NCBI GenBank assembly: GCA_019056805.1
Contig: DXJG01000009.1
Coordinates: 269,473-301,472, forward strand
Direction: 5' to 3'
DNA from: Candidatus Baldrarchaeota archaeon
GTDB lineage: Archaea > Asgardarchaeota > Baldrarchaeia > Baldrarchaeales > DXJG01
Length of the DNA: 32,000 bases
Positions 27,618 to 32,000 of this stretch are shown here, one piece after another (the first letter of the stretch is position 1; each line of letters opens with the position of its first letter). The notes under the pieces were generated by a model. It made no database searches. It saw only the letters and a list, made by a program, of their open reading frames with translations, and was not told the origin of the DNA. Position numbers and translations under genes: made by a program.

Positions 27618-29200
27618 AGAGGGTCTCAGGTTTATTCCTAGTTTTTTTCATTAGCTTTTTAGCGCCTCTTTTACCCTTTCTTATTCATGGAGCTCCCTTT
27701 ATTTCTGATTGTTGGATACATATGAAGATTGCTTTTGATGCTATTTCCTCTGGAATTTTACCTCTAGAATACAATTATTCTGGTTTGACTTATAATGCTC
27801 AGTGGCCTCTCATAAATGCTCTTTTTACATTTATTATTTTGATTTGTGGTTTTAATGTGTTATATGTCTCTCAGTTTGTCCCTTTACTAGCTGGGCTTTC
27901 CGCTATTCCTCTATATTTAGTTGTTAAAGGAATTTCTAAAAATGTTAAAATTTCTATTTTTGCTACCCTGCTTTATAGTCTTGAAGGATTTCATGTAGTT
28001 TTTACTTCAAGTGTTATGAAAGAGACAGCAACACTCTACGTTTTGATTACGTTTGTTTTTGTTTATTTTTTATTTTTCTCTGGCAGAACGAGTTGGAAAC
28101 ATTTAGCGGTTTTACTACTTTTGTCTTGTGGGTTATTGCTCGGTCACCATTATTTGTCTCTGTTTGCACTTGTTTTCGTTTGTTTTGCCACCTGTCTTTC
28201 CGCTTGGAGTTATTTACAGCCCAGAGAACATGATGATACTTTTCCTTGGCTCGTTCTATCTGCTCTCATATTTATCTCTGTTTTTACTCTAAGAGCTATA
28301 TTTCTATGGGAAGGATTTATCACAATTTATGATATTGCTTATATTTTTGTTCCTTTGCTGTTTTCATCCTTTATCATTACTCTATGGGTTAGTCGTTGCT
28401 GTGTTCGAAAATCTCATGTCAGTAGGTTTCCAAAGTTTTCTCCTCTTCTAGTTATCATTGCTTTTATTTTGAGTTACTTTGTTATCTCTGGTAGAGTTTA
28501 CTTTGTCGTCTCTCCGCCTTCTCGTTCGGCTTTATTTTTTATTCCAGGTTACTTTTTAATCGGTTTTCTTAGTGTCTTGGGGTTTTCTAGAGCTTCTGGT
28601 TGTAATTCTGAAATGGTTTATGTGAGAACTTACTTTTCTTCTTTTGTTTGTGTCATTTTTGCTTCTTTTCTCTGGGGATTTGATGAAATCGGTATTTGGC
28701 TTGTTGTTAAGGCTTCTCATCACTTTGCTCCTGTCATGGCCCTTGCTTCAACAATTTTACTAGCTAGAACTTCAGAAAGAATTAAAAGGGTTTTTTGTTT
28801 GCTTCTAATTTTAGGCACTTTGGTCTCCTTTGGTGCTGGGATTCGCTGCATTGTTTTCAAGGATCCTGAGCTTGGTGGAATTGCAGCTTATTATAGTGGT
28901 GAGATTTTTGAGATTGGAAGCCTGTCTAGGTTTATGGACGGGTCTTCGAAGATTTATGGAGGCGTTCAATGTAGGACTCTTCTCATGTTTTATGGTGTTT
29001 CAGATGTTTCTGGTTTACAGCCTTTTGGTTTTGATTCTGGTTTTTATGTGGTTTTGCGGAGTAATTGGGAGGGTGGATTTTTTGTGGGTGGGGGATATCA
29101 ATGGGTAAGTGGTGAATTTGTGCTTAATGAACTTAATGTGGATAGTTGCGGAGTTGTTTTTAGTGGAGGTTATGTTCAAGTATTTTGGAAGTTTGAATAA
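27614..29200 (+). CDS. Polytopic membrane protein, GT-C-superfamily-like
   Basis: About 13 TM segments. TM1 is followed by a loop with SDCWIH and QWPL, then VPLLAGLSAIPLYLVVK. C-terminal soluble domain. ATGA overlap with the upstream permease. Confidence 0.55.
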   Translation: MKRVSGLFLVFFISFLAPLLPFLIHGAPFISDCWIHMKIAFDAISSGILPLEYNYSGLTYNAQWPLINALFTFIILICGFNVLYVSQFVPLLAGLSAIPLYLVVKGISKNVKISIFATLLYSLEGFHVVFTSSVMKETATLYVLITFVFVYFLFFSGRTSWKHLAVLLLLSCGLLLGHHYLSLFALVFVCFATCLSAWSYLQPREHDDTFPWLVLSALIFISVFTLRAIFLWEGFITIYDIAYIFVPLLFSSFIITLWVSRCCVRKSHVSRFPKFSPLLVIIAFILSYFVISGRVYFVVSPPSRSALFFIPGYFLIGFLSVLGFSRASGCNSEMVYVRTYFSSFVCVIFASFLWGFDEIGIWLVVKASHHFAPVMALASTILLARTSERIKRVFCLLLILGTLVSFGAGIRCIVFKDPELGGIAAYYSGEIFEIGSLSRFMDGSSKIYGGVQCRTLLMFYGVSDVSGLQPFGFDSGFYVVLRSNWEGGFFVGGGYQWVSGEFVLNELNVDSCGVVFSGGYVQVFWKFE

Positions 29201-29241
29201 CTTATGGAGATTGGAGTCAGCTAGTTTACAGGTGGGATAAG

Positions 29242-29919
29242 ATGGAATATGCTCTTCAACTCTATAGTGTTTATAAGAGTTATTTTATTGATTTATTGGA
29301 AATCAAGGTTTTGAAGGATATTAATTTAGATCTTAAGCTAGGCGATGTGTTGTGTGTTATGGGTCCAACAGGCAGTGGTAAGACTACTCTTTTGAAAGTT
29401 GCTTCTGGGTTTTTGAAACCTGATAAGGGTAAAGTTAAGTTACTTGGTGTCGATATTTATGGTCTTTCTCAAAAAGATAGAATTAGGTTTTTGAGGAAAA
29501 ATGTTAGTTTTATGCCTCAAGAAGACGTTTTAATTTGGGAACTTACTTTGTTTGAGAATGTTGAGTTACCTCTACTCATTTCTGGTGTACCTAAAAAGAA
29601 GAGGTGGCGAATAGTTGAAGATGCTTTGAGTCTTGTTGAGTTGGACGGTTTGGAGAATAGGCTGCCTAGTGAGGTTAGTGGTGGAGAAAGGAGAAGAATT
29701 TTACTTGCTAGGAGCCTTGTTTTTATGCCTAAGATTCTTTTTGCTGATGAACCCACAAGTAATCTGGACTCTAAGACCGCTTTAAGAATTGTTGACAAAC
29801 TTTTAGAACTTAACAAAGAACATGGGTTAACTTTGCTTGTTTCAACTCATGATCCTCTAGTTGCTGAAAAACTAGGTAAAACTATTTTGATTAGAGATGG
29901 AAAACTAGTGGAAAAATAG
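29242..29919 (+). CDS. ABC transporter ATP-binding protein (LolD/MacB-type)
   Basis: Walker A GPTGSGKTT, Q-loop FMPQ, signature VSGGERRR, Walker B FADEPTSNLD, STHD. Confidence 0.95.
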   Translation: MEYALQLYSVYKSYFIDLLEIKVLKDINLDLKLGDVLCVMGPTGSGKTTLLKVASGFLKPDKGKVKLLGVDIYGLSQKDRIRFLRKNVSFMPQEDVLIWELTLFENVELPLLISGVPKKKRWRIVEDALSLVELDGLENRLPSEVSGGERRRILLARSLVFMPKILFADEPTSNLDSKTALRIVDKLLELNKEHGLTLLVSTHDPLVAEKLGKTILIRDGKLVEK

Positions 29920-29942
29920 AAAAATGAAGATTATATTTTGTG

Positions 29943-30527
29943 TTAAGCTTTTATTAAGAGTTTATGGTAAGAGTATTTTCTTGTTACGGCTGTTATTGAT
30001 AGTGCTGTGGTTAGTATAGCTAGGGCTGTAAATATTGGTGTTAGTCTAATGCCCCATGGAGTATAGTTTAAAATTAATCCTACTAGAGGCACTAAAGCTA
30101 AGCTTAATCCTATAGATAAAGCCAATCTCTCTAAAGGTTCCAAGTCTTCCTCTTTTGGATATAAAGTTTCTATCAAGGTGTGTCCCGGTAAGTATAGAAT
30201 GAAAAGGGATCCTAAAACATATCTAAGGTATATGTAGGGTGGATCCTGTGGAAGTAGATAAATCGCTGTAGCAGTTAAAGTTATTAAGATTACTATTGTC
30301 CAAAACCATGCCCCATATATAGAGAAAACATAACGCGGTAATGTTTTTGGAGGATTAGGATCTTCTATCTCCACTTCTCCCTTTTTCCATAAATCATGAA
30401 TATACTTTGCAGCTTCATGCTTCTTTATATGTAGTCTTTCAGCTACCTCTTCCACCATTTCTTTAAGTGTTAGGGTTCTTGTGTGTCGAATTACATTGAG
30501 AACCCTTTTTTCCATTTCTTTTTCCAT
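29943..30527 (-). CDS. DUF1616-family protein, membrane (N-terminal) half with a preceding winged-helix-like segment
   Basis: LRYVLGSLFILYLPG...LYP...LERLALSIGLSLALVPLVGLILNYTPWGIRLTPI. The first ~55 aa look like a wHTH. Confidence 0.8.
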   Translation of the reverse strand: MEKEMEKRVLNVIRHTRTLTLKEMVEEVAERLHIKKHEAAKYIHDLWKKGEVEIEDPNPPKTLPRYVFSIYGAWFWTIVILITLTATAIYLLPQDPPYIYLRYVLGSLFILYLPGHTLIETLYPKEEDLEPLERLALSIGLSLALVPLVGLILNYTPWGIRLTPIFTALAILTTALSITAVTRKYSYHKLLIKA

Positions 30528-30658
30528 AAACTCACCTACAAATAATCGGAATTTGCAAGGTTGTTGATTACATTTTTGTATTATGTGTTATTTTTATATG
30601 GTAATAGTAGATTTATGTGTTTATATGCAACGTTGTTGAGAAAGATGGGTGAGGAGAC

Positions 30659-31681
30659 TTGGATAAAATTATGAGACGTTTATTTGTTGTAACAATTTTA
30701 TTTTTCATGTTGACGTTTCAAATTGTTTCTATTATGGCTTTATGTTTACCCCCAAGTTCGCTAAGTAGTGAAAATATATCTAAAGTTGATAATGTCGTTG
30801 ATGAGGCTAGAGAAAAGGTTTATGAAGCCTATCGTGCTGTCGTGGATGCTGAAGCTAGTGGTGGTAATGTAACTGGTCTCGTTGATCGTATTAATGAAGC
30901 CATCGATCTTGTTAGAAGGGCGGAGAAGATTTCTAAAGATGATCCAGAACAGGCTGCTATTTTAGCTGAAAGAGCTATTAATATTGCTAATGAAGTTTTA
31001 GACGAAGTGGGAATTGTCAAGGAAGAAGGGTTAGCTTTGAGAAGGTTCCGTCTTTTTCTAGGGATTTCTTCTGGCGTCTTATTTGTTTTTTCAGGGTTTT
31101 TGATCTATTTTTATGGTCCTAGAGTTTTTTGGGGTCTCTGGGTTAGGATTAAGGGTGACTGGAAAGTTAGGAAGAGTAGCAGAAGGCCTAGAAAGGGATG
31201 GCTTGTTGATGAAGAAGTTTTTGCTGTCGTTTTAGCCATACTTGTTGTTGTTAGTGTTTTTGCTGTTGCACAAACGTTTTTTGCAGGTAGGGTTGTCGAA
31301 CCCTTTTCTGAACTAGGCGTTCTAGGCCCTTACATGAAAATCGGAGATTATCCAAGGGAAGTTCACATTGGCGAGAAATTTAAGCTCTATATATACGTTG
31401 GGAATCATATGGGTCGTGTCATGTATTACATCGTTTATATAAAGCTAGGAAATCAAAGTATTCCACTCAATTTTACTTATCCTTATCCTGCTCCTATAAT
31501 TGTGGGTTATGAGAGGATTATAATGCATAACGAGTCCTGGATATTTCCTATATACCTATCAATTAATGAAACAGGGATCAATTATAGACTTGTATTTGAA
31601 CTATGGATTTACAACGAGACAACAATGAGTGAACAATTTCATCAAAGAACTTGCCAGCTTTGGCTAAATGTCACAGAATAA
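30659..31681 (+). CDS. DUF1616-family protein, extracellular (C-terminal) half fused to a helical bundle and TM segments
   Basis: EPFSELGVLGP...YPREVHIGEKFKLYIYVGNHMG...RLVFELW...LWLNVT. Preceded by a signal peptide, a helical region and two TMs. Confidence 0.7.
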   Translation: MDKIMRRLFVVTILFFMLTFQIVSIMALCLPPSSLSSENISKVDNVVDEAREKVYEAYRAVVDAEASGGNVTGLVDRINEAIDLVRRAEKISKDDPEQAAILAERAINIANEVLDEVGIVKEEGLALRRFRLFLGISSGVLFVFSGFLIYFYGPRVFWGLWVRIKGDWKVRKSSRRPRKGWLVDEEVFAVVLAILVVVSVFAVAQTFFAGRVVEPFSELGVLGPYMKIGDYPREVHIGEKFKLYIYVGNHMGRVMYYIVYIKLGNQSIPLNFTYPYPAPIIVGYERIIMHNESWIFPIYLSINETGINYRLVFELWIYNETTMSEQFHQRTCQLWLNVTE

Positions 31682-31935
31682 CATAATAATATAATTTCTC
31701 TACTATTTTAGGGAAAGATGTACCGATTTATGTTATAATCAAAAAATTAGAAACTTTGAATGTTGCTGTAAAATTAAGAATTTCTTTAGATTTGTTGAAA
31801 ATTGCTGTTCTTAACGTTGAAAAGTTAAAAGATTTTATTGGAGAATGTTTATGAAAAAATATGACATTTTGGAAGCTTGTTTCTATTTAGTAAGTTTTAT
31901 TTGTAAGGTTTACTTGTGTTGGTATGGTGAGTTGT

Positions 31936-32000
31936 TTGAAGGTTATTTTAGTTGGGGTGGATGGCGCTACATCTTGGATTATCGAAGAGTTACTTTTCGG
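31936..32000 (+). CDS. 5' end of an alkaline-phosphatase-superfamily protein, truncated by the window edge (not in the ORF track)
   Basis: TTG start after ggtga (31926-31930). Translates MKVILVGVDGATSWIIEELLF, the same V(I)xxxDG start as 11231-12064. Confidence 0.65.
   Translation, partial: MKVILVGVDGATSWIIEELLF

Noticed and set aside
7817-29108. Hydrophobic alternative-frame ORFs 7817-8128, 25825-26124 and 28830-29108, and other short nested ORFs in the track
   Set aside because: Out-of-frame by-products of T/G-rich codon usage inside well-supported genes.
1-32000. CRISPR array, rRNA or tRNA genes
   Set aside because: No regularly spaced repeats and no other GC-rich structured segments were found by reading.

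Overview
AT-rich archaeal DNA, probably from a TACK or Asgard lineage (inferred from the long eukaryote-type Trm112, an Agl24-like Alg14/Alg13 fusion and TATA-type promoters). From left to right: (1) trm112 and a convergent 766-aa secreted protein with about 37 N-glycosylation sequons. (2) A ~16-kb surface-glycosylation cluster (3.0-19.1 kb): nucleotidyltransferase, hexapeptide acetyltransferase, DegT aminotransferase, DMT-type small membrane protein, SDR epimerase, three GT4-like glycosyltransferases, an alkaline-phosphatase-superfamily enzyme, an Agl24-like transferase, WecB, a flippase and a nucleotide-sugar dehydrogenase. (3) An MFS transporter plus a divergent DUF1537 four-carbon acid-sugar kinase / LarA-family enzyme / PdxA module. 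(4) A MacB/LolCDE-type ABC system with a GT-C-like membrane protein and a DUF1616 protein split into two divergent genes. The most striking non-coding feature is a ~242-bp GC-rich insert at 7190-7431. It looks like an internally deleted IS200/IS605 element that keeps both ends, a TATA box and an apparently intact TnpB omega-RNA scaffold with a K-loop, but encodes no nuclease or transposase. The best metabolic hypothesis is that the LarA homologue is a tetronate (erythronate/threonate) C2-epimerase. All family calls come from motif recognition by eye; no database searches were run.
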